Source: Chrysomallon squamiferum
Lineage: Eukaryota; Animalia; Mollusca
Assembly: GCA_012295275.1 (NCBI GenBank)
Contig: CM022676.1
Coordinates: forward strand, 3,162,001 to 3,226,000
Reading direction: 5' to 3'
DNA: 64,000 bases
Positions 24,559 to 38,654 of the stretch are shown here, piece by piece. A model generated the notes under the pieces. It did not search any database. It worked only from the letters and a program-made list of their open reading frames with translations, and was not told the origin of the DNA. The first letter of the stretch is position 1. Every line of letters begins with the position of its first letter. Position numbers and translations under genes: made by a program.

Positions 24559-26530
24559 CAATAAATATTTTTTTTCTGTCTGCGTGACTTTTCATACAAC
24601 TAATGTTAATCAATTTTGATTAAAATGTCAGATAATGTTATTGTGTCTGTGTTTTTTTATATTTTTTTATATAGCTTTCTTTTTTAATGTCATATGTTAA
24701 TATGTGTGTGTGAGTCTAAACATTATTGACATAAGTACATCAATATAATCATACAATTCAGAAAATAATTAAATAATTTTAATTACTACTCTATTAAGCA
24801 CAAGACTTACACATTACCACAATTACTCATTAATCAGAAAAAGATTTATTATTATTATTATTTTTTTTTTTTTTTTTTTTTTGACAATAACTACAAAATG
24901 TCTAGATCCTGGAAAGGTAAATAAAATTACTGGTTATTCTGAAAGGCCTGAATTTACCGGATACAACCTAACAACTTGACGAATGTGTGCCAATGGGTCG
25001 TTTGTCATACGGTAATCAGTGTGATTGTCATGTGTTAATTTCCTCCTTTTCTTACAGAGCGCACTGGCAATTTCAGCTCACAGGTACTCAAACACCTAAC
25101 AATACACATTATTTGTAAACTCAGAAAAAGTGTTTCCAGGCTGCCTATCCAGAGGCCCTTTTGGGGTTTATATATATATAGAGAGAGAGAGATATTAAAA
25201 AATGTTCGATGGATGAATATTTGTTAATTTTTTTTTTTTTTTTTTTTTTGTATTTTAGTTTACCATAAGGAACTTATGTATATCTTTTCCACAGATAGGA
25301 ATAAACAAATATGGATTAATTTGTCTATAAGTAATACCCCCCAAAAAAAGAAACCTGTATTAAGAAATAATTTTCTAAAAAAAAAGAAAAAAAAGTAATA
25401 ATAATAATATATTTATATATGTGTGTGTCTTTGTGTTTGGGAAAGTATGCTCATAACACTATATATACGTAATTTTTGACAGTAAGCCTAAACTTACACA
25501 ACATTTTTCAAGCACTGTACTGAACATGACATTTATGATAACACCAAACACAGAGGCACTCACTCTGACTGTTAAACAACACAACTGGGGGGTAATCACG
25601 AAGAACCGACCCCTCCAGTCCCCTGCTTCTCAGTCAAACATTCTTTACAACAAAATTAACAAAACATTCTCAAAAACACTTTAACAAAAATACTGAAGAT
25701 TTCACTTTTCTGTTTCACTGCTAGACAGAAACGTGAGAGAGAAAGAACCAGAGAGAGAGTCTGCTTCAACTGCAAAGCCTACTAGTTGAGTTAGAATTCA
25801 GCAGATGACAAGACAAACTGGTCACAAACAATTACTTGTGACTAATGAAGTGAAGCTGCCAGCTGCCAGTGCTGGAAGATGACACTGAAGTACCACTGTC
25901 TGCTGCACTCCACACAAAGCAGTCACACACAAACCTCTGCTCAGTGTGTGTATCTAGTACATGATAGGGATCGTAATTAAAAAAATGAAGTATGTTTGTA
26001 TATGTGTGAGTGTGAGATAATACGTCTACCTGGCTGTCTATCTATAGATGGATTTTTTGTGTACACACACACACACACACTCATGAACACAGAAACATTT
26101 TATCTGTATCATATGTGTGTGTGTATGTGTATAAATGTGTTTGTCTAATAGTATAAGCGTATTACACATACACATTCTTCAATTATTGTATCATCATCAT
26201 TTTTATTTTTGTTCAGAACAAAACGTAAGAAGAACAAAAATTTAAGTAAAACCATGGGCTGATTATCCTAATTTAATTTCATGCAAACATTCAGATATTA
26301 ATAATGAAAATATTTGCTGAAACTTCACAAAACACCTGTTCAGAAGGTGTTGCACAGATAGCAGCAGTTACAGTACACTGAATTCTAGCAGAATAACCAT
26401 ATACTGTACATTATTTTAATCACTGCTGAAATTTTTTTCATTAGATAAATGGTAACGACCAACTCATCAATGAAGAAGTTAAAACCACTGTATTTTACTA
26501 TGTAACCAGTACCAGAGATATATTAATGTT

Positions 26531-26668
26531 ACACCATAGTAATCTTCTTGTTATATAAATTACATACACTATAGTAATCTTCTTGTTATATAAATTACAT
26601 ACACTATAGTAATCTTCTTGTTATATAAATTACATACACTATAGTAATCTTCTTGATATCTAAATTAA
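26531..26668. repeat. 35-bp tandem repeat, about 4 copies
   Basis: TACATACACTATAGTAATCTTCTTGTTATATAAAT unit. Confidence 0.92.
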
Positions 26669-27702
26669 CAGGTGGAAATCTGAAGAATTCTGATGCTTCA
26701 TAGTCACATACATTTTTTAATAAATATTTCAATCTGTTTAAAATTATTAGGACTATAATTACACTGATTACAAAGAGATGATGAAATCTGATATCTGTTT
26801 GAACTAAATTAATGTTATAATTTTTTTTTTTTTTTTTTTTTTTTGAGAGGTTTCATGTATCTATCAAGATTACTGTTGGTTTTACTGCTGTTGCTGTTGT
26901 TGTTGTTATGATGATGGTGTTATAATGAAAAAGATATATTTCTTTTGACTGTTATTATTATCAGGAACCAAATGTGATAAAATTGTTTATTGCTAGTGAA
27001 AATGTTTATGTAAAAATGCAATTATTTAATCTGTAGATGGAATTTGGATATTTATATCATGTAAATAAAAAAAAAAATAAAAAGTTAAAGTAAATAATAC
27101 AATTTGAAATGAATGATAAAAATAAATGAAACAAATAAATAAAACCTATAAATTAACAAAATAAATAAAATTAAAATTAAAACAAAGAAGAAAACAATAA
27201 AAAATAAAAAATATCACTGACAAAGTCTGTCACAAATAAAACAAACATCAAACAAAACACTCCTTATTATCCTATATCTAGTTCATTTTGAAAAACAAAA
27301 AAAAACAAAAAAATTAAAACTACTGAATTTAAACAAAACGAAGTAAAATAAGAATAGTGATCATAATATTGATTAAAATGTCATTAGATTTTCCCCGACT
27401 ACAATTTCACCATTCTGTAACCATCACTTATGTAAACACAGCCAAAATAATTGACTATCGGGAAGATCCATTACTGAGAGAGAAAAAAAACTAAACAAAA
27501 GAATAAAAAACATACACAACATCTGTGGAAAACAAGTGTCAGATGGACTGTGTGGGTGACAAGCAGGACTGTTGTGAAGGTAACAAGGAACAGAGAAGTG
27601 TTTCTGAAATCAATGACAGGGAATTCTGTTAAAATAACCTCACAGCAGTAATTAAGTCAGAGCTGTATTGATGATCTAAAAATAAAAAAAATGTATAATT
27701 AC

Positions 27703-27753
27703 CTGCCACTGGTTATATGGTTTTCTTCTCCACACAGGTGTTGTGTTTCTTAC
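27703..27753 (-). ncRNA. Candidate 51-nt host exon starting with a 5' splice site (recursive-splice / RS-exon-like)
   Basis: tttcttttttctatttttttcccag|GTAAGA...gtggcag|gtaatt. Confidence 0.55.
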
Positions 27754-30335
27754 CTGGGAAAAAAATAGAAAAAAGAAATGAAATGTAGGTTATGTAGAAC
27801 ATTAACAAGTAAGAAGCTATGTGTGTGTGTGTGTGTGTGTGTGTTTTCTTAGATTTGTCATGTTTATGTGTCTGCATGTATGTATGAATGTATGTACAAG
27901 TGTGTGTAATTATTAATATATAAACATGTATGTGTGTGTTTAAGAAACAATATAAATAAAATTATTATCACATTTCAGTAACTTTTATAATTATACAACT
28001 ATTCTTATTTATTAACAGCAACAAAGGTAAAAAAAAAAATCATCTCTCTGTCTTTCTGTCTATATGTGTATGTATATATATTGGTTATATATAAAAAAAT
28101 GTATCGTCCTGTAACTGATACTTAACAAAAATGTATTCTCAAATTGCAGACACATAAATAACACACTTTGACATTTTGCACATAAATCATTGAAAGCCTT
28201 TGTTTCAAGTACATGAACACAAACGAGAAAAAAAAGTAATAAATATCTTGGAATGGTATTTTGTTTTGAAAAATGTATGAATATTTTACACACACACACA
28301 AAGAAGCAGACACGTATACACACAACATAACATTTGTCAAAATTAAAAATGTACTTTAAATTTGTGAAACACACACACACACACACTTTTCTAAGTAAAA
28401 CTGTGTGTATGTTTGCATGTTTTACATACATGTATTTATGCATAATCATTACTGGAATATTGAAGAGCAAAATAAAATAAACAAGAGGGCGAAACAAAAC
28501 AAAAATAAAATGATGAGAAGATCTGACAGACTGACAGACAGATGGATAAATCACTGTCGAAGAAAAAATAGGAAAAAATAAAAATTTGTTTAATTTTTAT
28601 TTATTTTCACTATCATTTCTTTTAATTTAACTTTGATTTTTAACTCCACGCGGATCCTTTTAATCCACAATCACCCCACCCACAAACCCTGCACCCACAA
28701 ACCCTGCACCCACCCCCACCCAGTATCACTTCTTTCACAGACTTGCTCTGGAAGACTCTGGAGTTAAAGAGCAGACAGTTGTGAAAGGTTGATTCACTCA
28801 TTACGACTTGTTTGTGCGAATGAGTCGCGGGTCGGCAGAGTGATCCGATCAGAGGAATTATCAACTGACCAGTGTAACGGCTACTTGAAGCTTATTCATG
28901 TTTGTGGAGACGAGACGTTTTCTAATTACTCTTCATGTTTCTGTATCTGCGGAGATTTTCTCTTGTTCCTCTGTCTGGAGGTCACAAGATGATTAACAGC
29001 GACATGAACAGCGACTAAATAAATTCATTCATTCATTCGTTCGTTCGTTCGTTCGTTCATTCATACTTTCAAGCTTTTTCATTTCCTTATTTATTTAGTC
29101 TTGTTCTTTCACTCATTCTATACTAAATTCATTCACTTATTCTATACTAAATTCATTCACTAAATCTGTACTAAATTCATTCAATACTCTGTGGCCAAGT
29201 TATTGTTTTATTGGTATTTTTTTTTTTTTTCTTTTAAGAATACATTAGTTCATTTATACAGTTTGTAGCTTACAAATTTGATTTAGTGTTTTTCTCTCAT
29301 CCATTCACTGACATTCCAGAGAGTTCAATCTAATAATTTGTCTTAAATGTAAGCAGTAAAATCTCTTTTACAGCACCTTCCCATTGACAGCAAGATTTAT
29401 CACAATACTTAAATAAATAACTGGAGATAAGCTGTTGTTTTTTAGAACTATGTAGCATTTTAAAATAATTTTAACAATATATAACTAAATTAAATAAATA
29501 AAAAAAATTAAATAACTGAAAGAAAGATGAAATACATACACATATTTGACCCAATTTTCGTTCATTCCTAGACAGATATATATGTATTTTTTATGTATGT
29601 CTGTCTGTCTGTCTAGGTTTAATATGACGACAAAAAAATAAAATATATAAAAAAAATAAAAAAGCAGATCAAATTTACAGTCTTAATGAAATATTAATAA
29701 TATGTGAGACAAAAAATGTATTTCTTAATTTCTGTATGTATGTATGTGTGTGTAAAAGTTTTCACCATATTAATTTGTGAAGTACTTTTAGTAATAGTTC
29801 ATGAACAGACACACACACACACATACATTCAAAAATAATAAATAAAATAATACTGGGAAAAAAGTAGCTTGTACTGATAACAAGAAAATGTAACAAAAGC
29901 AAGGTTAAAACACTTTAATATTTGTCATTACAGTCATTCCTTCCCTCTTACTGGTGTGCTTTAATAAAAAAAAAAAAAAAAAAAAATAAAAAAAAACAAT
30001 AATCACAAAAAAAAAAAAAAAAATAAAAATGATTTAAAGATTATGATAACATTCAGTGACAATACATTGTAGTTACTTTTTGTGAAATAAATCTGAACTT
30101 CTGATGGAACAAAATTACAAAACAAACTGAGTCAGTGGGGGTATTTTAAAAAAAGTAAAAGATTTTAAAACTTGTTTTACCATTCCAGCTGATGCTCTGT
30201 AATATTATTTATCAGACTGTCGTTTATACCTTCCATTCCCTGTGTATGTAATTTTTTTCATGGTTTCGGTATTAATTTTATGGTTTTTGACCATTTAATA
30301 AATGGTATAGCTCTTATCACAACACACATGCATAT

Positions 30336-30363
30336 GCACACACACACACACACACACACACAC

Positions 30364-30425
<62 letters not shown>

Positions 30426-30436
30426 GACAGACAGAC
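30336..30436. repeat. (AC)n / (AGAC)n microsatellite
   Basis: Direct read. Confidence 0.95.
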
Positions 30437-30555
30437 AAATAAACAAAACCACACACAGACATACACACACCCACACACAAAATAATAAAAATGATGATAA
30501 TAAAAACAACACTTGGCACAACAATAAAAACTATTACTTTAAGATGAAAACTAAC

Positions 30556-30619
30556 CTGCGATCATTTTCCACATTACAAAAATGTAAGCAAACTGACCAC
30601 ACATCCACATACATTTAAT
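30556..30619 (-). ncRNA. Possible 64-nt host exon
   Basis: ttttatttgttaactgcag|att ... cgcag|gttagt. Weaker splice signals. Confidence 0.3.
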
Positions 30620-31032
30620 CTGCAGTTAACAAATAAAACACCCAAATAATGACTTTAATCATCACTAACACACAAACCCAATTCTTCAGCGACACAAAAA
30701 TACAACAGTCCTCTTGGGAGAAAGAAAAAGAAAAAGAAAAAAGAAACTCAAATAGCTTTGTAATTTTCTTCTTTCTTAAATATTTTTTTATTATTATTAT
30801 TATTTTTTTTTTTTTATGTTAGAACTTCAGTACAAAGTGAGTGAATCAGTCATTTCATTTTTTTTTTTTTTTTTACAATCAGATAATATAGCTCAGTGTG
30901 TGAATGAATGAAAGTTGGTTTGCTGACACTAGAGTTGTTTTGTCGCAGAGTGTTATCATACATCTCATTAGTTAGTGGCTTAATTTAGGCTTATCAGCTG
31001 GTGTGTTTACATACATACACACATACATACAC

Positions 31033-31081
<49 letters not shown>

Positions 31082-31558
31082 TTATGTATATACATATACA
31101 TACAATACACTCATATACATATTTATACATACACACTCAAACATACAGACACACAATATACTCAAACATACATAAACAAACACATACACATACATGCACG
31201 CATGCATGCACACACACACACAAGTATGTGAACTTGGATTCACGTAATGCCCTTTATCGATTGGGCAGAAATGAATTTTTTATAAAGCTGACAGGAAAGC
31301 CTCTGGGTCATGGATTGGAACAGGAAAACAGAACAGGAAGCAGCAGACAGATGGTCAGATGATGAACAATACTGTGACAATCACGTTTCTTGTGTGTTTT
31401 CTACGTTTGGAATGTACAGAGTGTGTTAAGATTTTTCTTAAAATTATTAACTCAAGTGGAAATGAAGCTACATTATTTATAACAAACACATACTAACAGC
31501 AGGTTTGATCTTGGTGTCCTCTGCATGTGAGTCAAACATTATTTGAATCTTTATACTT

Positions 31559-31599
<41 letters not shown>

Positions 31600-32840
31600 C
31601 AGTATAACTGTATATGTATTTGTGTATATATTTATGTATGTTTATATGTACGTGTACATGTGTATGTCTGTGTGTGTGTGTTCAAAGAAATGTACATTTT
31701 ATATGGTAATACTGTATACCATCAATGAAACACGTTTAAATTATCAATTTATTTTACTTCTCTAGATATATGCATGTATGTATGTATGTATGTATGTATG
31801 TATGTATGTATGTATGTATGTATGTATGTATGTATGTACTGTATGTATCTGTATGCATGAATGTATGTATGTATGTGTCTGTATGTATGTGTGTCATGTG
31901 TACAAGTATCTACATCTGTGTTGTATTTGTTTACACACATGAAAACCACGTCCTCTGCATTTAAAACACTGAACTGCTTCGTAACTAACAGTATTGATGT
32001 GCTTAGCCTAGCACAAATTAACTGAAACTGCCACATATCATTCCACATACATAACCAATTTAAATATTTATAATAACCACACAGGGCCTCTGGAGGGCAG
32101 GGCATTCCTGCTGTTGCTCCTAGCAACTACACAAACAGTCACTAGTTTCTTCTAACCTACTGCTGATAAAATACTAGGCTGTCTGGCCAGCTTAAGGTCA
32201 CGGGGCATTCCATTACTGCACTAGGGGTGAGGGGGTCATTTCAGGACACGACATAATCAATGAGTTAAAAATATGGGGCTTCCTTTGATAGCGTACTGTG
32301 TTACCATACGAAACAACATTTTTTTAACATATGTTTACAAACCTCTGCACACACAGGGAGAGATTCTCGTTAATTGGTGATGGATTAAAACTGGATCAGA
32401 TCCACTCAGCCAGTGGCTTACTGACCCAGTACAAACACTAGCACCATAAAAGCAATCTGACATTTAACGGGAGGGGAAAAAGATACGTAATACATAACAA
32501 TTATAATAATCCCCCTTCACCCCATTGATCAGTGGGTTAGAGGACAGGGTTTAAACTGTAAACTACTTTTTTTTTTAAAAAATATATATATATACATATA
32601 AAAATAATAATAATTACTACCTACCATACTGTTTATAACAAAAAACACTGAAAAAAAAAAAAATAATAATCCTCAGAACAGGAATCCCAAGAATAAATAT
32701 ATAAATCCTTTTTGGTAAATCCTTTTATGTGAACATCCACAAGTATTAAAAAAAAATATATAAATAAATAAAAAAACACGACACGAGAGAAAGCAATGAC
32801 CTGTAAAGCGGAGATTCCACACGCTGTTGTACAAGCAGTC

Positions 32841-32862
32841 ACTCACTGTGTCAGCGTGGCAG

Positions 32863-32907
<45 letters not shown>

Positions 32908-33050
32908 CACCCACCCACCAGAAATGGATCGAGCGACCCTATGAAAAGAGCTTACAAGATGAAGCACTATAAATAGCAAAGGAGGCGGCGGGCGACAGCG
33001 GCCAGACACCCTCCACGCACACAACAGCAGCAGCGTCAGCGCTGTTACAG
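32841..33050. promoter_or_regulatory. GC-rich island, candidate alternative promoter
   Basis: CTATAAATAG (TATA-like and MEF2 consensus) at 32967-32976 next to GGAGGCGGCGGGCG. Minus-strand donor aca|gtgagt at 32847/32846. Direction ambiguous. Confidence 0.35.
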
Positions 33051-33279
33051 TATCGTAGTTACTAGTTAACTACACTGATAGCATGATCCGTGTGTGACTT
33101 ATTCTGATTCATGGGATATAGACTCATTTTCTGTGTGTTTTTGATGAATCAGCTGTTTGTGGTGTATATATATATATAACCAGGCAACATATGGATGATG
33201 TGTCCCCAGTCACATACAATGATATCATTAATATTCAACCAGCAGACTAACACCTACTTCTCACCAACATACAGTATTT

Positions 33280-33324
<45 letters not shown>

Positions 33325-33334
33325 ATATATAAAA

Positions 33335-33608
33335 ACTATATATTAAGTCATAGTGGCTGTGTTTGAAACTGTTAGAATAATAAATGTACTATTAACTACT
33401 TACTGAATATATATAGTGTGTGCATACCTATATATATATATTGAATAATACTTGTGTGTGTATGTGTATGTATATGTGTATATGTATATGTGTGTATGTG
33501 TGTGTGTGTGTATATATATATATACACACACACTATATATATTCAGTAAGTAGTACATTTATTATTCTAACAGCTGTTCAAACACAGCCACTATGACTTA
33601 ATATATAG

Positions 33609-33609
<1 letters not shown>
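33335..33609. repeat. Inverted repeat (about 85-bp arms) around a TG/TA microsatellite spacer
   Basis: 33335-33422 (actatatattaagtcatagtggctgtgtttgaa...) is the reverse complement of 33527-33609 apart from small indels. Confidence 0.92.
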
Positions 33610-33642
<33 letters not shown>

Positions 33643-33680
33643 TATGTATGTATATGTATGTATGTATGTATGTGTGTGTG

Positions 33681-33718
<38 letters not shown>

Positions 33719-34006
33719 TATATATACACAAGTATTATTCAACACACAAGTATTATTTAGCTGTCATTTTTTGTCTATCTGTCTCTCTCTTTCTGTGTGT
33801 GTGTGTGCACGTGTGTGTCTACATGTATGTATTTATTTATGTTATGTATCACTATGTATAGGAATGAGTGTACATGACAGACACACAATGAAGTTGCACA
33901 GACACAGTATGTTAATAAACCTATCCTATGACAGACATCGTTGAGTCTGAGTGCAAAACTGTGAGTCATTTACAACATGATTAATATTCTAATAGTGTAT
34001 ACATAC

Positions 34007-34042
<36 letters not shown>

Positions 34043-34847
34043 CTGTGTGTCTGTCTGTCTGTCTTTGTTTCTCTTTTTTCCTATATATTAATTCATATAT
34101 TAAACAAAAAATATAAATATAAATAAAATTAATGATGTGTGTGTGTGCATAAAATAAATTAATTTGTTACAAATATAAAAGAAGAAAAAACTTTTTTTTT
34201 TTTATTCTAACAGAAGTCTGTATCAGAACAACCAAATGTTTACCATTCACTAACTGATGACAGGAAGAAAAAGTAAAAAAAAAGAAAAAAAACAAGAAAA
34301 AAAACACACACACACAAAAAAAATATGATTCAATTTGTTTTAGTGTTGTTGTTAACTAAAACATTCCAGGTGACTGATAAAATATGTTCAAGCCTTTGAA
34401 CATAACCTTAACAAAAAGTCAAAAAAAAGAAAAAGAAAAAGAAAAGAAAAAGAAACAGATATTTTTTCTTTGTTTTTTTTTTTGTCTTCTTCTTCTAGCA
34501 GCTTTTTACTGTTTTTCACACACAGTCAACTTCTATTACTATTAGCAGTGCAGTAAATCTATACAAGATTAAGTCTTGAACACCAGTGTTACAGTGTTAG
34601 CCTGAGGCATGACAGGTCAAAAGATCACTTCCCTTCAGTGAACCTTCTGACTTATTTCCTGTTCAGTTTAACTTGCACTACCAGTTCAGAAAGACAATGC
34701 ATTTCCCATTCTAGGTACTGTTCCGGAAACAATTTTATCAAAAGTCAGACCTAGACAATATTAATATATTTATTGGACTTGTACAAGTGGCTGCAAGTTC
34801 ATGTTTATAAACAGTAAACTTAAATAAATAAATAAATAAATGGTCAG

Positions 34848-34900
<53 letters not shown>

Positions 34901-35286
34901 AATAAAAAAAAACAAATAAAACAAATAAACAAACAAATAAAACTGCTGTTTTTGTTTTATTCCAATGCCATCTGTTTGGGCTGTTTTTGTTGGTTTTGTT
35001 GTTTTGTTGTTTTTGGTAATAAGTATGATGTAATCTCTGTTAACCAGACAAATGTGTAATACACTTCATCAATAAATAACAAATCAGTAAACATTCAACG
35101 CCAACTTTAAATATTAATGTCAAGCTAAGAGTACCTGTATATGATGAATAAAAAATAAAAAATAAAAAAGTGGAAACCTATTATTATCACTTTATTAATA
35201 ACTCCTACCACCTATGCCTATCAGCATGTTAATTCTAATATTAGATCTGACATAATATATTTAAATAAAACACAAAAAAAACCTAG

Positions 35287-35616
35287 AGATGTTCATCACT
35301 GTTAAATGTGACAAATATGTTTAACACTGTTAAATGTGACATGTTTAACACAGCTAAATATCACAGTGATGTTTAACACTGTTAAATATGACACAGATGT
35401 TTAACATTGTTAAATATGACACAGATGTTTAACACTGTTAAATGTGACAAATATGTTTAACACAGTTAAATATGCCAAAGATGTTTAACACTGTTAAATG
35501 TGACAAATATGTTTAACACTGTTAAATACGACACAGATGTTTAACATTGTTAAATATGACACAGATGTTTAACACTTATATATTACAAAGATGTTCAACC
35601 TGGTTAAATATGACAG
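35287..35616. repeat. 28-29-bp minisatellite with internally palindromic unit (TTTAACA-N-TGTTAAA), about 11 copies
   Basis: GATGTTTAACACTGTTAAATATGACACA-like units. Confidence 0.9.
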
Positions 35617-36091
35617 CAGGTCAGTACACTTTTCAACCAGATCCAAAATGCACTTGTAACATCGTCATCTTCATCACCATCATCATCATCAGAGATCCAC
35701 CAAACAACCCTAAATCTCTTTACTGCTAGACAAATATTAAATTTTAAGTGTGTAATGGAGACAGACAAATCTCACTTATCGTGATAAAATTATTTTTCTC
35801 GCCAATGCTGTCTCAGAAATCCACTTGTCTAGCCAGCCAACTATCAATATATGTAACCCAGGCAATGAGGTTGACGATGAAATCACTTATCGATGTCACA
35901 AGAACATTGTCCAATGCTGCAGATTAGGTATAATTGATAAACGTGGTTAAACAAAATCACTTTCTTCAAAGACTGGGAAATGGACTCTGTTAATTGGAAT
36001 GACCACCATACAAGTCCTGTGTAGATATTTCTGTCTTCCGTCCTTTGTCAGTGTAGGTACTGAACAATACAAGGACTGCAGCATGTCTGAC

Positions 36092-36272
<181 letters not shown>

Positions 36273-37409
36273 TACTTTGTTTTGATCTGATTTGGGTTCC
36301 CCCCCACCAAGACCAACTTATTCAAGCATGTCTGTTATGGACACACATTCTAACTTTGCTAGTTAGTTATAATCAAGTGAGTATAATTTTGGACCTGTAT
36401 CATTCATTCATTCACTGATGTCTGTCAGAGACAATGCTTTTGTCAGTTCTGTCTAAGACAGGCTGTAATGAGTATATCAATTTGCATATGACAAAGTGAA
36501 TATTTTATTTTAATGAGCTTTCGTCTGGACATGGCAGGTAATAATGACAATTTTGCTGTGAACTATTAACATGAGATGAAAAGAAAACGACTGCTGTACA
36601 TTCGAAATTTAGTCCGTCCTGAAAATAGTTTTCTCTAGCTGGGTCATTAATAAAGAATACTGTCAAGATTATGAATATGGATACTGAATTATGTACTGTT
36701 ATACTGACCATCATGAATGATGTTGCCAACATTTGTGATATGAATAAAGGATTCTGCAGTAAGTACCACACACTGACAGACTTGAATAATGGTCACTTCC
36801 ACAAGTGTAACAATGAATTCTGAACATCACCTTATTATTCTATTCTCTAAACAGATATATGGTAACTGTTACCTTAATCATATAACATTAACAAAGATAA
36901 TGTCATTATCTTAGTCCTTTCTTGTTGTCTGTGTTAATCTGTTGGACTAATAACCTAATATAAGATTTCTCTTAAATCTTTGTCATTTCTCGTGTGATCT
37001 TATTTTTATTCTTTACTGTCTAACATATGCAGAATATGTTGTGAGCCCAGATGTTAAAATGAAGTTCTAAAACTGATGTCATCACAGAACGAATGATAAT
37101 TCAGGAGAAGAAACCTGACTGTGTAGCTAAAACAGCTGGTACAATAGCAAATGATTTTATTTAAATACACCTTCTTGGAGACAGGAAAGAACATACGAGA
37201 TCTTTGAAAAACCAACATCAGATTATTGCCTGGAATAGCATTTAGCCTATAGTAAAAATACTAAGAAAGTCTGATGCTGTAACCCATTAGCAAGAGTTCT
37301 AATTCTCCAACTGCTACTGCAGCATAATCAAAAACAACTTCCACAGAATTTATTAAAGCCTTATGAGTAAAGAAAAAGCTAATTTAAACAGAATATGATC
37401 TTTACTCAC

Positions 37410-37458
37410 CAACAGAACAGTTCTCTGTATTGAAATGTTCCCTGTCTGTTGTCATCAT
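37410..37458 (-). ncRNA. Candidate 49-nt host exon
   Basis: ttttgtattttctag|atg ... gttg|gtgagt. Confidence 0.55.
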
Positions 37459-38619
37459 CTAGAAAATACAAAAGTGAAATTCATGTTTTAGTAACAACAC
37501 ATTATTAACAATTCAGTCTCTATTCCTAACCACTTCTTATTTTTACATATTCCAAGAATCTCAGAATCTGATTCTGGACAAATGTGTTTTTACACGGACT
37601 ACATTATTTAGAAAATTTGCATGTACAGTTTAGTTTTCAGAAAATTTATATTTTGACTTACATATATTTAACTGTGGGAATATTCATCATTTTACAAATG
37701 TACAGCATTTTACTTGCATCAGTTTCCATGGCTAAGGATGACAAAAATATGATAGATTGAAACTGTTTCAGAAAAGTTATCAAATTCTGTGAAAGGAAAG
37801 TTAGTAGTTTGTGATGTGAAAGGATGGTGATTGTGTTTGTATCATATATCATATATTTCTAACACTAATGTTAATTAACAGATTTTCATGTGATATGGTT
37901 ATAGTCGTCATTTCAAGTATCTTTAAAAAATTAACTGTAAAAAAAGAAGAAAAGAAAAAAATAAAGAAATCAAAACAAAAATAATTAATATAAAATTAAA
38001 ACAACAAATCAACAAAAACCAAACAAGGATTTTAAAACAATAATAATAATAATAATTAACAAATGAAATGTCGTATAACTCAATCTCAAATAACCTGAAT
38101 GTAATACTCGATATTGATGAGAGAAAAAAAAAACATAAAAATAAAAATAATAATTGTGATGAGAGACCATTTTGTCTACCGCAGCCTACTGTCATTAAAA
38201 AGTCGAGCCAGCATGATGCACAACAAACACAGTAATTTAGTCTGTCTCAATTGGTCACTTAGCTTCATGACAGAATAAACAAAGATCGGCCACGAAGAAT
38301 TGAAATTAACCCTTTTAAATGCAGCCTCAGACAGAGCCCATGATCAGACCTGACTAAATCAGAGAGGTAATAAGTCTGAAGCGGAACACTGGCTGTAGAA
38401 GATCTCTTCAGCATTAGCCGCAAACCATCGTCTGTTAGACACCAGATATTCCTGTTATTTGTGGAGTGTGTGCACTTACAGTTGTGCCACTCTGGTTTGA
38501 AACAACACAAAGTTGGCTTCCAAGTGAATAATAAATAACAAACTGATAGATTTTTGTTTAAAAGCAAAGACCTGTCAAGCGTGTAAACCAATTCATGTTT
38601 AATACATTTTTTTAACCTA

Positions 38620-38654
<35 letters not shown>

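Noticed and set aside
28060-28554. Longest ORF in the track (164 aa) and the other poly-CV/HT/LS/Y/I ORFs
   Set aside because: Composition is driven by microsatellites and AT bias, with no domains or consistent splice structure.
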